Of a DNA stretch of 64,000 bases, positions 1 to 14,363 are shown piece after piece; position 1 is the stretch's first letter; every line of letters starts with the position of its first letter. The notes beneath the pieces are model-generated. The model saw nothing but the letters and a program-made list of their open reading frames with translations. It was not told the origin of the DNA and searched no databases. Both the position numbers and the translations under genes were made by a program. This stretch comes from Eledone cirrhosa (lineage: Eukaryota). The stretch lies in assembly GCA_964016885.1 (NCBI GenBank), contig OZ024749.1:15686001-15750000 (forward strand), given 5' to 3'.

Positions 1-1099
1 GTTCTAGGGAAGCGATTATCGAGAGCTTTAAAAAATAGTTTAGCAATGTGGGTTTTAATGTTTAGTGAGAAAGGGGGGGGGGGGCAAACCATATTATATT
101 CCTAGTTCTATTTCTTTTATGGCTTTTGGAATTATTGTAATGCTTTCTATTATAGTTGTTAAGGTTGTGGCCATAATTAAAATAGTTGTTATTTTGTTTA
201 ATTTGTTTATCATTATCTATGTACATAATTTTATCACTATATCCTGCTCTAGCTAACGCTTCATTGTAATAATGGGCTTTTTCGTCGAAAATCTTTTTAT
301 TAGATGAGATTCTAGAGATACGTGATTGAACAGAGTTTACTATAGTATTTTTAACAGATTTGGGGTGGTTAGAGTTAAAGCTGACATAGTTTAAGTTTTC
401 ATTCAACTTGTGAAATGGATAGTGAAGACATGTGTTGAGATTTAATGTTATATCTAGGAAGTTGACTATTCTATGGTTATTCTCAATTTCTATTTTTAGA
501 TTAAAGTGATTAAAAAATTGTGTAATTTGTTTCCTATGCAGCGAATTGATTAAAAATAAGCCCACAAGGTCAGTTACCTGAGCTGAGTCGGATGATCCCA
601 TAGTAATGTCAAAATTGTTATCTCTATCTGCTCGGGTCCATAGTTGGTCATTAAATTCTATCAATGTTTTCCTAGCCGATAATATAATGTGCATTTCATT
701 GCAAGTTAGGTCTGTATGTTTGAATGCGTAATTTAGTGCCTTATTTAGTAGATTAGGGGTAATGGAAGAATAATAGTTAGCAATATCAAGTTGAATAAAC
801 TTATTATTATTGTTATATTTAATTTGCTTAAACCACTCAACAACCTCACCAGTTCCCTTCCACAAGCTCAGGTTAGGTAAACAACTCAAGTTTTTAATTT
901 GCTGTATCACCCTACCAAGAATGTTTTTGCTTAGTTTACCCAGGTCCGATTTTGATGGTGCAATCAATCTGACTGGCAAGTCATTCTCGAAATTTCTCTT
1001 ATGATCTTTCATATTGATCTTCGGTTTCCTGGGCACGAAAGGTTGTGTTCTGTTCTCGATTTCCAACTCGTGCATTATACAAGATGCCTCAACATTCAT
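1..1099 (-). mobile_element. Penelope-like element (PLE) reverse transcriptase fragment, internally deleted
   Basis: ORF 62..1099(-) has PLE RT motifs (QLDIANYYSSI, FDITMGSSDSAQVTDLVG, VNFLDITL, YVSFNSNHPKS, IIWFAPP). The segment carrying YxDD is absent compared with the paralogous ORF at 24461. Confidence 0.85.
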
Positions 1100-1151
1100 T
1101 TTCTCTATATTTTCTACGGATAAAACATAGCGGTTTTAAATTCTGCATCGT

Positions 1152-1224
1152 TTATATATGTATATATATATTTATATATATATGTATATATATATATTTA
1201 TATATATATGTGTATATATATATG

Positions 1225-1273
<49 letters not shown>

Positions 1274-1309
1274 GTATATATATATATATGTATATATAAT
1301 ATATATATG

Positions 1310-1358
<49 letters not shown>

Positions 1359-1375
1359 GTATATTTATATATATG

Positions 1376-1406
<31 letters not shown>

Positions 1407-1468
1407 GTATATATATATATATGTATATATATGTATATATATATGTGTATATATATATGTATATATAT
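1152..1468. repeat. (TA)n/TATG degenerate microsatellite; representative of dozens of such tracts (e.g. 3772-4642, 5190-6130, 6996-8120, 19480-20980, 34260-34800, 49592-50142, 51985-52820)
   Basis: Direct dinucleotide periodicity; gives rise to the spurious YIYI/ICIY ORFs. Confidence 0.97.
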
Positions 1469-1469
1469 T

Positions 1470-3771
1470 CTAAGGCGGGTAAAATTCCCGAGATCCATGG
1501 ACGAGTTCTCTCCAGCGGTCTCTGTCCCTCATTATCGCTGCCATGTCCTGCGTCTCCAATAGACCAGTGTCTGTCCTTAGGGCATCAACATACGTTAACC
1601 TTGGTCTTCCTCTTCCAGTGTGTCCATATAGGGGCTCCCAAAGGAGCACTGAGTGCAATGTCAACTCTGGATGTCGGTGAGCATGTCCAGCCAACCTCAG
1701 TCTCCTCTGTCACTTTTGAGCTGACCTTTGGGATGCTCCCATACAGCTCTGAGTTTTTCATCCTCAGTGTATACTGATTAATGTTCAGAGCCATCCTCAG
1801 CATTCTCGTGTAGCACCCATCCACCATCTGAGTGAGTTTCTTGGTCAGTGTCCAAGTCTCAGACCTATACAGCAGCACAGATTCCACTACAGCAATGAAG
1901 AGGCGGACTTTCAGGTCTCTACGAAGGTCTGACTTCCACACCGATCTCAAGCTGTGGCACGCCGCCCAGGCCTTGCTCTTCCTCTCAACCACATCATCTT
2001 CCGTATTCCCAATCTTTGCTCCCAAATACAGGAAGCCCTCAACCAATTCTAGCGGCTTCCCGCCTACATTAGTGATCCCCTCTGGCTTCTCAACATTCTC
2101 TACCAGATATTTTGTTTTAGTCTCATTTATTCTCAGCACCACACTCATCGACACAGTCTCAACCTCCCGCATCAAATCCTCTGCCTCCTTCACTGTATTT
2201 GTCACCAAAACTATGTCGTCGGCAAATTCAGCATCCGATACCTTTTTCGCCCTAACTCTCCTGCTCTGAGCCGGTGCCACAGTAAAGCCAGAGTCCTGGT
2301 GTTTCTCCAGTGCAAGGCGCATACAATAGTCCACTACGATGATAAAAAGGTAGGGAGCCAATGTATCTCCCTGGAGCACTCCAGCCAGTATCTCAAAGAA
2401 CTCTGTCATCCTATCAGGTGTAATGACTTGGGCTTTCGTGTTGGTGTAGAGCAGTGATATCAGGTCCACTATCTTCTTGGGGATTCCATAAGCCTGTAAG
2501 ATGTTCATCAGGCAGTAACGGTCCACAGAATCAAAGGCCTTCCTAAAGTCAATGAAAACCATGACCGCAGGAAGGCACTTTTCTCTAGCTCCCTCTAATA
2601 TCCTCCTCAGCATCAGGATGTGACTGGTGGTTGATCCACCCCCTCTGAAGCCGTTCTGGTTGTCCCTGAGCTTCTTCTCCATCTCAGGCTGGATCCTGTT
2701 AAGAATCATCCTGTTGAGGGTCTTTGCCACAAGTGACGTCAGTGAGATCCCCCTGTAGTTGTTAGAGAGATCTCCCTTCTTTGGCACTGGGACGATGTTA
2801 CTTATCCTCCACTGATTCGGGGCAACTCCTCTCTCCAGTGCCCCGTTACAGAACCCCAGGATGATATCATCAAAATCACACCTCTTCATCACCTCTGATG
2901 CCACTCCATCTTCTCCATGAGCCTTGCTCTCCTTGATCCTCTTCTTGGCTCTCTGAAGCTCCTCTCCGGTGAAGGGCTCTGTCTCAACATCCAGTTCCTC
3001 AAACAGCCGCCTCATCTCCCCAGTGCTCTGGGCTGTGGAGGGTGGCTCTCCTAGTAGGGTCCTAAAATGGTCTAGCCATTTCCTCTTCCTATCCTCGGGC
3101 CTCGTTCCCTGGATCTGACTCGAACACCTTCTCTTCCTCAATGTGATCTCGTTGATGATCATCCAGCTCTCCTTACATCCAGATCTGTCAACCGCTCTCT
3201 CCACACTTCTGATCTTCTCTATCAGTGCCTCCTCTCTGACCTCAGTGTAAGCGGTACAGAGTTCTTCCCTCATCACCTCCACAGTCTCCATCCTCTCCTC
3301 CGTAGGATCAGCATAGAATTGGTCCTTGGCAGCTTTCAGGTGTTCTCTGGCTGCACACACTTTTGGGTCTGCAGAGCTGACGTGCTTCCCTTTGTTCTTT
3401 TTCCTCGGCACCAGGGTTTCCCTTGCTTCCGCCACTGCATTGGTGAAGTGCCCGTACCTCCTCGTTACACTCTCCTCAGTCCATCCAATCTCTCTCTCTC
3501 CTCTGACACTCCACACAGAGTACTAAACCTGTTTCTCACTTCCACTGTGAACCTCTCCTGTACCTTATCATCTTCCTTGAAAGCTCCCCAGTCATAGATT
3601 GCTCTCCGGAGCCGAGCCTTGCTCTTTCTTAAGCTCACCCGGACCTCACTCATAACAAGCCAGTGGTCACTACCCAGTGTACTGAAATAGCGGTATGGTT
3701 CTGTGTTCAGAACACTATTCCGCCACTTTTTCCTCACCAGAATGAAATCAATCTGGGACTTGGACAGGTGC
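1470..3771 (-). mobile_element. RTE-clade non-LTR retrotransposon (LINE), 5'-truncated, two frameshifts
   Basis: APE C-terminus (SQIDFILV...GSDHWLV, 3465-3773), RT ORF 1585-3516 (NYRGISL, QNGFRGG, FIDFRKAFDSV, GVLQGDTLAPYLF, EFADDI), and RTE-type C-terminus (AGHAHR...[10 protein letters not shown]...DRDRWR, 1470-1694). Flanked by (TA)n on both sides. Confidence 0.9.
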
Positions 3772-4063
3772 ATATATATATATATATGTATATATATATA
3801 TGTATATATATATGTATATATATATATATATGTATATATATATGTGTATATAAATATATATGTATATATATATATTTATATATATGTATATATATATATG
3901 TGTATATATATGTGTATATATATATATATATTATATATATATTTATTTATGTATCTATATATATGTATCTATATATATATGATGTATATATGATGTATAT
4001 ATGATGTATATGATGTATATATATATATATGATGTATATATATATATGATGTATATATATATG

Positions 4064-4094
<31 letters not shown>

Positions 4095-4337
4095 GTATAT
4101 GTGTATATGTATATATTTATATATATATATATACATATATACATGTACACATATACATATATATATATACATATATATATATATACATATACATACATAT
4201 ATATATATATAAACATATATATATACATATACATATACATATATATACATATACATATATATAAATATATATACATATATATATGCATATACATATATAT
4301 ACATATACATATATATAAATATATATACATATATATA

Positions 4338-4368
<31 letters not shown>

Positions 4369-4428
4369 ATATACATATACATATATATATATATACATAC
4401 ATATATATATACATATATATATACATAC

Positions 4429-4459
<31 letters not shown>

Positions 4460-4683
4460 CATACATATATACATACATATATATATACATATATATATAT
4501 ATACATACATATAAATATATATATATATACACACATATAAATATATATATATATACATATAAATATATATATATATACATACATATAAATATATATATAT
4601 ATACATACATATAAATATATATATATATACATACATATATATACGATATTAATAAATGGAAACTATATTTGTAAAACCATATT

Positions 4684-4748
4684 TATTTCATAATACATAT
4701 TTCAGGGATACCGCATTAAATTATGGTATGCCTTCATCAGACAAAATA
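4684..4748 (-). ncRNA. Type I hammerhead ribozyme motif
   Basis: Minus strand: TATTTTGT-CTGATGA-AGGCATACC..GGTATCCCT-GAAA-TATGT-ATT-ATGAAATA. Stem I is 8 bp with 2 G-U. Sister copies (22.3k, 55.0k) have AUA at the cleavage site. Confidence 0.7.
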
Positions 4749-5688
4749 CAATATATAACAGTTTTACAAATAGGTTTGACGTACCCTTTAAAATACAACC
4801 ATTACTTTTGGAGGCTGTCTGGATAGTTATTTATTCATATAATATGTCATAGTGTTAAGCACAATTAGAAAAAGACGGAGAGAAAGAAAGAGAAAAGAAC
4901 AAAGACAGAGAGAGAGAAAGAAAAGAGAAAGAAAACCTGGAGAAATATCGGAGAGAGAGAGAAAAGTATGGAGAAAAGAAAGAGATAGATAAAGATAGGA
5001 GGAAATAAAAAAGAAAGAAAAGGAAGGAATAAGAAAAACAAAGGAAAGCAACAGAGAGATATCAAGTCATCATACAGAAAGAGAAACTCAAGAGAGAGAA
5101 ATACTATATAGAGAGGTTTGTCGAGTGCTTTATATCAGTTATAAAAATATTTACTTGTATCCTAACAATTTTAAATAGAACTTTTGCACATACACACATA
5201 TATATATATATATAAGTATATATATACATATATATATATATAAATATATATATACACATATATATATATATATATACATATATATATAAATATATATATA
5301 CTTATATATATATATACATATATACATATATATATATAAATATATATATACATATATATATATACATATATATATATAAATATATATATACATATACATA
5401 TATATATGTATATATATATATGTACGCATATATACATATATATATATATATACATATATATATTATATATATATATATATATGTACACATATATATATAT
5501 ACATACATATATATATATGTACACATATATATATACATACATATATATATATATATGTACACATATATATACATACATATACATATATATATATGTACAC
5601 ATATATATACATATATATACATATATATATATACGTACAGATATATATATACATACATACATATATATACATATATATATGTACACAC

Positions 5689-5719
<31 letters not shown>

Positions 5720-5752
5720 TATATACATATATATATATACATATATATATAC

Positions 5753-5863
<111 letters not shown>

Positions 5864-6040
5864 CATATATATATATGCATATATATATGTATATATACAG
5901 ATAAATACATATACATATATATACATATATATATATACACATATATATACATATATATATACATATATATATACATATATATACATATATATATACATAT
6001 ATACACATATATATACATATATATACATATATATATATAC

Positions 6041-6075
<35 letters not shown>

Positions 6076-6132
6076 CATATATATATCTACATAAATATAC
6101 ATATATATACATATATATATATATACATATGT

Positions 6133-6350
6133 AGGAACGATCGACTTTCGTCAAATCGGACCGAGGGAACAATGTTGCCGTTGGTCTTTCCAATTGCTAA
6201 TACTATCTATCGGTCGCAACTCCAGGTAGAAGGAGCAACGTGAAATAAAGTGTCTTGCTCAAGGACATAACGCATCGCCTGGTCCAGGAATCGAACTCAC
6301 AACCTTACGATTGCGAATCCAATTCTCTAACCACTCAGCCACACGCCTTC
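6133..6350 (-). mobile_element. tRNA-derived SINE, family 2 (related copies about 35565-35700+, 37000-37260-, 44360-44680+, 48698-48880+, 50180-50300-)
   Basis: A-box-like GGCTGAGTGGTTAG, B-box-like GAGTTCGATTCC, and shared TCCTTGAGCAAGACAC core across copies. Confidence 0.75.
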
Positions 6351-6547
6351 ACTATACATATATATATATATATACATATATATATACACATATATATACG
6401 TATATATATGCACACATATATATATATACACATATATATACACATATATACATATATATATGTATACATATATATATATATGTATACATATATATATATG
6501 TATACATATATATATATATATATGTACACATATATATATATACATAT

Positions 6548-6635
<88 letters not shown>

Positions 6636-6683
6636 AAAAGATAACAAGGACAATTGGTTACTCCTTCATTACATTTATTGGTA

Positions 6684-6769
6684 GGTGACGCGCGTCCCGC
6701 CACTGATCAGCTTCAAAGTTCGATCTATATCGATCTTACCGGACTCTATAATCGGCAGCTCGACGGACC
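6684..6769 (-). ncRNA. Degenerate hammerhead copy (homolog of 59409-59493)
   Basis: Alignable with the 59.4k module, including the ACGCGCGT palindrome and tail; core mutated (GAAA->GGGA, CTGACGA->CCGTCGA). Confidence 0.55.
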
Positions 6770-6991
6770 CTTTAAAATGCTAGAAGAAAATGAATACATG
6801 GTATATGTCAAAGTCAGAAGTGCATAAGTTGGTCAATAAGGCTTGTTTTGATTGGTGGAATTGATCATAGGGATGTTTCGTGGGGGTGGATGTGATGATA
6901 AGATGGTGGTGACGGTCGCAGGCTGAGATGGGCTGTGGTGTGGGGGTGGTGGATTGTCGGTAGATAGATAGGCGTGTATTTGTGGCTGATT

Positions 6992-7033
<42 letters not shown>

Positions 7034-7708
7034 TATAGATATATATATACATATATATATATACGTATATATATATACATATACATATACATATATACAT
7101 ATATACATATATATACATATACATATATATATATATACATATATATATACATATATATACATATACATATATATATATACATATATATATACATATATAT
7201 ACATATACATATATATATACATATATATATACATATATATATACATATATATATACATATATATATATATGCATATATATATATACATATATACATATAT
7301 ATATACATATATATACATATATATATATATATATGCATATATATATACATATATACATATACATATATATATACATATATATACATATATATACATATAT
7401 ATACATATATATAAATATATATACATATATATACATATATATATATATACATATATATATACATATATATATATATATACATATACATATACATATAGAT
7501 TTATATATACATATAGATTTATAAATACATATATATATACATATATATATATACATATATATATACATATATATACATATATATATATATTTACATATAT
7601 ATAGTCATATATATATATACATATATATAAATACATATATATATACATATACATATATACATATATACATATATATATATACATATATATATATACATAT
7701 ATATATAC

Positions 7709-7746
<38 letters not shown>

Positions 7747-7932
7747 ACATATATACATACATATATACATACATATATATACATATATATATATACATAT
7801 ATACATATATACATATATATATACATATATACATATATACATATATATATATACATATACATATACATATATACATATATACATATATATATATACATAT
7901 ATACATATATATATATACATATACATATATAC

Positions 7933-7963
<31 letters not shown>

Positions 7964-8004
7964 CATATATATATATACATATATATTTATACATATATAT
8001 ATAC

Positions 8005-8035
<31 letters not shown>

Positions 8036-8307
8036 CATACATATATATATACATATATATATATACATATAAATATATATACATACGTATATATATTTAA
8101 ATATATATATATATACATAATATAAGATCAAAAGATGGTTAAAAGAGTTCCAACCATCTTTTGATCTTATATTATTTATACTCCAGTCCTATAAACTGTG
8201 GAGTGCTACTTATCCGATATTTGCTTTGCTTTATTGTGCTAAAATAAAACCCACCTCCTACATATATATATACATATATAGACACATATGGATATATATA
8301 CATACAC

Positions 8308-8372
<65 letters not shown>

Positions 8373-9316
8373 CACACACATACACACACATATATATATA
8401 CACATATATACATATATATACACGCATATATATATATATATATACATATACACATATGTATATGCACACATATATATATATATATACACATATTTGCATA
8501 TATATATACACACATATATATATATATGTGTGTGTTTGTAACAAACCAATTTAATATATCTGTATTCTAGCATCACAGTATTTGTATGTAAGGCCTACAG
8601 ACCGAATTAAACTGGTCACTTGAGTGAATCGTTTCTTTTCGTCTTTTACCACAATTATTTCTATATCTTCTGGTTTTATCGTTTCTTTTCGTCTTTAGCT
8701 CACTTATTTTACATCTCCTTGCTTTTATCATTTTTCTTTTCGTGTTTACCTAACTTATTTTTACAACTACCGGCTTTTATCGTTTTCTATCTCATTTCAA
8801 TTTATATTTCTCGATATAGATTCGCCTTAATCATTGTAAGTAGATATTGAGTCAATAGAAAGATCTAATAAGGAGTAATCGAATTATTCAAGTTGGACTC
8901 AATACCTGGTGGTTATATCTTCATCCAGGAAGATATATATATATATATATTGTTATACTTGGGGAGGGTCATATTGTTGTAATAATATTGCCAGAATTAA
9001 TAACAGAACACAATCACTGTAAGGAAGTTCAACATCTCACCACACCAAACGAGATATTTGAGCTCATGGGCATCATTCGAAATTATCTTTTATATATATA
9101 TAATCGTGGGTAACCACAGTAAGTAAGGTACTCAATACATTGAAAATTAGAATTGGTGCTATATATACATTCATGTATACATCGCTATTTCAGAGCACCA
9201 ATTCTAATTTTCAATTTTTGCTGGACCGGCAATTACTCTGTATAATCAGTTCCTGATTATTACTGGAATCATAAAAGAATCCAACATTTATAATTTTAAA
9301 CAGACAAAACGAGTGC

Positions 9317-9364
9317 TAAGCTCTGACGATTACCAACAGTATGAAACAGAGATCTGTCAGCTTA
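9317..9364 (+). ncRNA. Type I hammerhead ribozyme motif
   Basis: TAAGCT-CTGACGA-T-TAC-CAACA-GTA-T-GAAA-CAGAGATCT-GTC-AGCTTA. Perfect 6-bp stem I, GUC site. Confidence 0.85.
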
Positions 9365-9532
9365 TCTCCCTTTGTTTGTTGAAAAAAGAAGTGACATAGT
9401 CACTACTTTAAAACAATAGCGCAAAGTCTTCAAAATGTTTTTAAAGCATACAGTATATTGCCAAATATACTATACATACATTCATGTATACATCGGTATT
9501 TCAGAGCACCAATTCTAATATATATATGCATA

Positions 9533-9700
9533 GGGAACGTTTCCACGAACCAAAGTATCGTCTTCCTGTCTTCCTCCGGTTGCAACGTTTTTTGAAATAT
9601 CCACTTCTGCGTTCACAGATTGACTTTGTTAGTTTCAGAAGATCCCGTTAAGGGTGAAAGCAGCGATTTTTTGCTTAAACTTTAATCTGTTATTTTAATA
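9533..9700 (+). repeat. Dispersed repeat; second copy inverted at about 62358-62527
   Basis: About 170 bp near-identical reverse complement; partial copy at about 54690. Confidence 0.8.
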
Positions 9701-9783
9701 AATATATATATAAAACATTAACAGAAAATAATTTTCAAAGAATGTAAGAACATATAATTACATACACACACACACATATGACG

Positions 9784-10275
9784 GTTGTCCCTCTTGCTTC
9801 TGCTGGACACCACCAGATGGCGAAAGCCCTGGTGTTTTGCATAGCTACGGCTTTCTAAAGGTTTATCTTTAAACATACCGTATTTCTTCAGAAATACGAA
9901 ATTTCAATACATATCGGTATACAACTATGCATGAAGCTAAATCCTATTTCTATTCTATTCTAAGTTGAGCCAACTTAAGCAGCTTCATATGCAAATGAGA
10001 TTCATCACCTCATTTAGACAAACGAGAAAACCATATATTCTCGCCTGTTTTCATGTCCAGCAGTCGCAAGGGTGGGAGGGATGGTCCTGAACCAGTTAAG
10101 TTCGAAATGCATTGACAGTTGTCCCCCTTGCTTCTGCTGGACACCACTAGCGGGTGATAGCCACAGTGTTTTGCATCGATATGGCTTTCTAAATGTTTAT
10201 CCATAAACATACCGTATTTCTTTAGAAATACGAAATTTCAATACATATCTGTATACAGCTATGCATGAAGCTAAG
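9784..10275. repeat. Partial tandem duplication, period about 335 bp
   Basis: 9784-9940 is repeated at 10118-10275 (GTTGTCCCC..CTGCTGGACACCAC...ATGCATGAAGCTAA). Confidence 0.8.
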
Positions 10276-10282
10276 TCTTAAT

Positions 10283-10344
<62 letters not shown>

Positions 10345-10944
10345 GGAAAAGAGTCAGGACCCTGACGAAACGGCCGGAGCTCAGCCGTCGGGGTCCTAAC
10401 TCTTTTCCTATTACCCACTCTACTACCCTAAGTATCGAGTACTCTGGTGCGTTATGGTCCACCTGGTTCCTTACCACATTTTCTTTGTTATATATATATA
10501 TATATATATATATGCGAAAAGTAAACGAATAGACAACATGGGTTAACGATACAGTGAATGACAATATATATTAATTTAAGGCTTGATATAGTAGGTAAGA
10601 AACTTAACGTTTCGGACGTTCATCTTTCATCAACAGATAACATATGAGGGATAAAAGAAAGAAAAAATATAGAAAGATAAACAAAGTGTTTTTAGTCAAT
10701 ACCTGATGTATTATTATGGTTGAAATATTTTGAATTAAAGAATATCTGACGCTGCTGTTGTTGGTTTGGTTAGAAAACAATAAATAGATTCCATTTTGGA
10801 GATTTCTTCTGTTATTATCTTTGTTCAAAATCGTTTTTTTAACGATAGCTGGGAGAGAAAACAACAGCAGTATATTGTATTGTATTTTCATCAAAGAGCG
10901 CATAAATAATCCATGTTTTGGGGGATCTTATGTTGTTCGTAAAC

Positions 10945-12990
10945 AACACTACCACCACCACCATCACCACAACAGCAACACCCCCACCACAATACCACCA
11001 CCACCAGCACAACGGCAGCACCACCACAACACCATCACCACACCAACAACAACACCACCACCACAACAGCACTACCACCACAGCAGCACAACAACAGGAC
11101 CACCACCACACCACCAACGCAACAACAACAACAACAACAACACCATCACCACAGTAACGCCACCACCATCACCACAACAGCAACACCCCCACCACAATAC
11201 CACCACCAGCAGCACAACAGCGGCACCACCACACCAGCACCACCACCACCTCCACAATACCACCACCACCTCAACCACCACAACAGCACCACCACCACCT
11301 TCACAACACCACCACCACCTCAACCACCACAACACCACCACCACCACAACCACCACAACACAACCACTACCGGCACACCACCGCCACCACCACCACCACC
11401 ACCACAGCACCACTACAACAGCATCACCACAACAACAACACCACAACACCACCACCACCACAACCACCACAACACCACCACCACCTCAACCACCACAACA
11501 CCACCACTACTACAACAACACCACCACAACCACCACCTCAACCACCACAACACCACCACCACTACAACAACATCACCACAACACCACCACCACCTCAACC
11601 ACCACAACACCACCACCACCTCAACCACCACAACACCACCACCACTACAACAACACCACCACAACACCACCACCACCTCAACCACCACAACACCACCACC
11701 ACTACAACAACACGACCACAACACCACCACCACCTCAACCACCACAACACCACCACCACTACAACAACACCACCACCACCTCAACCACCACAACACCACC
11801 ACCACCACACCACCACCACTACAACAACACCACCACAACATCACCACCACCTCAACCACCACAACACCACCACTACAACAATACCACCACAACACCACCA
11901 CCACCTCAACTACCACAACACCACCACCACTACAACAACACCACCACAACACCACACCACCACCACCACCACCACTACAACAACACCACCACAACACCAC
12001 CACCACCTCAACCACCACAACACCACCACCACTACAACACCACCACCACCTCAACCACCACAACACCACCACGACAACACAACCACCACCACTACAACAA
12101 CACCACCACAACATCACCACCACCTCAACCACCACAACACCACCACCACTACAACAACACCACCACAACATCACCACCACCTCAACCACCAAAACACCAC
12201 TACCACTACAACAACACCACCACCACCCCAACCACCACAACACCACCACCACCTCAAGCACCACAACACCACCACAACACCACCACCACCTCAATCACCA
12301 CAACACCACCACCACTACAACACCACCACCACCTCAACCACCACAACACCACCACCACAACACAACCACCACCACTACAACAACACCACCACAACATCAC
12401 CACCACCTCAATCACCACAACACCACCACCACTACAACACCACCACCACCTCAACCACCACAACACCACCACCACAATACAACCACCACCACTACAACAA
12501 CACCACCACAACACTACCACCACCTCAATCACCACAACACCACCACCACTACAACACCACCACCACCTCAACCACCACAACACCACCACCACCTCAAGCA
12601 CCACAACACCACCACAACACTACGACCACCTCAATCACCACAACACCACCACCACTACAACACCACCACCACCTCAACCACCACAACACCACCACCACAA
12701 CACAACCACCACCACTACAACAACACCACCACAACACTACCACCACCTCAATCTCCACAACACCACCACCACTACAACACCACCACCACCTCAACCACCA
12801 CAACACCACCACCACCTCAAGCACCACAACACCACCTCAAGCACCACAACACCACCACAACACTACCACCACCTCAATCACCACAACACCACCACCACTA
12901 CAACACCACCACCACCTCAACCACCACAACACCACCACCACTACAACACCACCACCACCACAACACAACCACCACCACTACAACAACCTC
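10945..12990. repeat. (CAC/CAA)n-rich compound simple repeat
   Basis: Higher-order ACC/ACA triplet repeats; the 733-aa H/T/P ORF is a by-product. Confidence 0.9.
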
Positions 12991-13069
12991 CCCTCTTCCC
13001 TCCTTCTTATATGGAATACTAATATATTTCAACAACGACCAAATAACAAATCCAAATAAAAACAATGTT

Positions 13070-13235
13070 GATAACAAGGCCAGCAATACCGCCAGTACAT
13101 TACTGGTACTTTATTTTATCGACTCCGTAAGGATGAAAGGCAAAGTTAACCTCGGCGGAATTAAAACTCAGAACGTAAAGGGACGTAACTCTATACTGCG
13201 AAACATGGTATCTGATGCTCCACTGATACTACATA
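13070..13235 (-). mobile_element. tRNA-derived SINE, family 1 (Meta-domain-like core); other copies about 32340-32450+, 35325-35525-, 36030-36180+, 36325-36390+, 54320-54450-, 56300-56400-, 58383-58500+
   Basis: Shared GAGTTCAAATCC B-box and AACTTTGCCTTTCATCC..GGGGTCGATAAAATAAAGTACCAG core. Confidence 0.75.
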
Positions 13236-13237
13236 TA

Positions 13238-13780
13238 GAAGAAGAAGAAGAAGAAGAAGAAGAAGAAGAAGAAGAAGAAGAAGAAGAAGAAGAAGAAGAA
13301 GAAGAAGAAGAAGAAAAAGAAAAAGAAGAAGAAAGACGACCAAGAAGAAGAAAAAGAAGAAGTAGAAGAAGAAAAAGAAGAAAGACGACCAAGAAGAAGA
13401 AAAAGAAGAAAAAGAGGAAGTAGAAGAAGACGACCAAGAAGAAGAAGAAGAAAAAGAAAAAGAAAAAGAAAAAGAAAAAGAAAAAGAAAAAGAAAAAGAA
13501 AGAGAAAAACAAGAAGAAGAAAGACGACCAAGAAGAAGAAAAAGAAGAAGAAGAAAGACGACCAAGAAGAAGAATAATAAGAAGAAGAAGAAAGACGACC
13601 AAGAAGAAGGAGAAGAAGAGGAAGTAGAAGAAGAAGAAAGACGACCAAGAAGAAGAAGAAGAAGAAGAAGAAGAAGAAAAAGAAGAAGAAGAGGAAGGAG
13701 AAGAAGAAAAAAGACGACCAAGAAGAAGAAGAAGAAGAAGAAGAAGAAGAAAAAGAAGAAGAACAACAAGAGGAAGACAA
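13238..13780. repeat. (GAA)n compound microsatellite with AAGACGACC interruptions
   Basis: Direct triplet periodicity. Confidence 0.95.
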
Positions 13781-14015
13781 CGATGGAGGAGGTCAATTTT
13801 TTTTAGCCATTGTAATCAGAGACAAAGCAAGTAGGCAGGTGTACAGACGTTGTCATAGTAACAGAATCTCAGGTGAGAATCGGGGTAATGTTGAAACAAC
13901 AACATATAAAAGTAAATAAAAGCTTGCTGAGATATGTTTAATGTAATGAAGTCTTTATAGAACTACAGAATCACCGGAAGTTGATTTTATTTCAATGTAA
14001 ATCTTTGTATATGTA

Positions 14016-14175
<160 letters not shown>

Positions 14176-14287
14176 ATAGAACACAAGACCTAACTCCTAT
14201 TAACCTAAGTATATATATCTATATCTCTCTCTCTCTATATATATATCTATATATCTATATATATCTATATCTATATCTATATCTCTC

Positions 14288-14358
<71 letters not shown>

Positions 14359-14363
<5 letters not shown>

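Noticed and set aside
1832-2269. 145-aa plus-strand ORF
   Set aside because: Antisense shadow of the RTE reverse transcriptase.
9830-9900. Minus-strand CTGAAGA...GAAAGCCGTAGCTA
   Set aside because: No stem I, and the core is not kept in the adjacent duplicate.
10343-10409. Apparent stem-II-less hammerhead CTGACGAAAC
   Set aside because: CTGACG comes from the inverted arm (CCGACG in the 54.5k copy); only the 3' half of an HHR is present.
10821-13022. 733-aa His/Thr/Pro-rich ORF
   Set aside because: Triplet simple repeat that lacks stops by composition; no domain or splice support.
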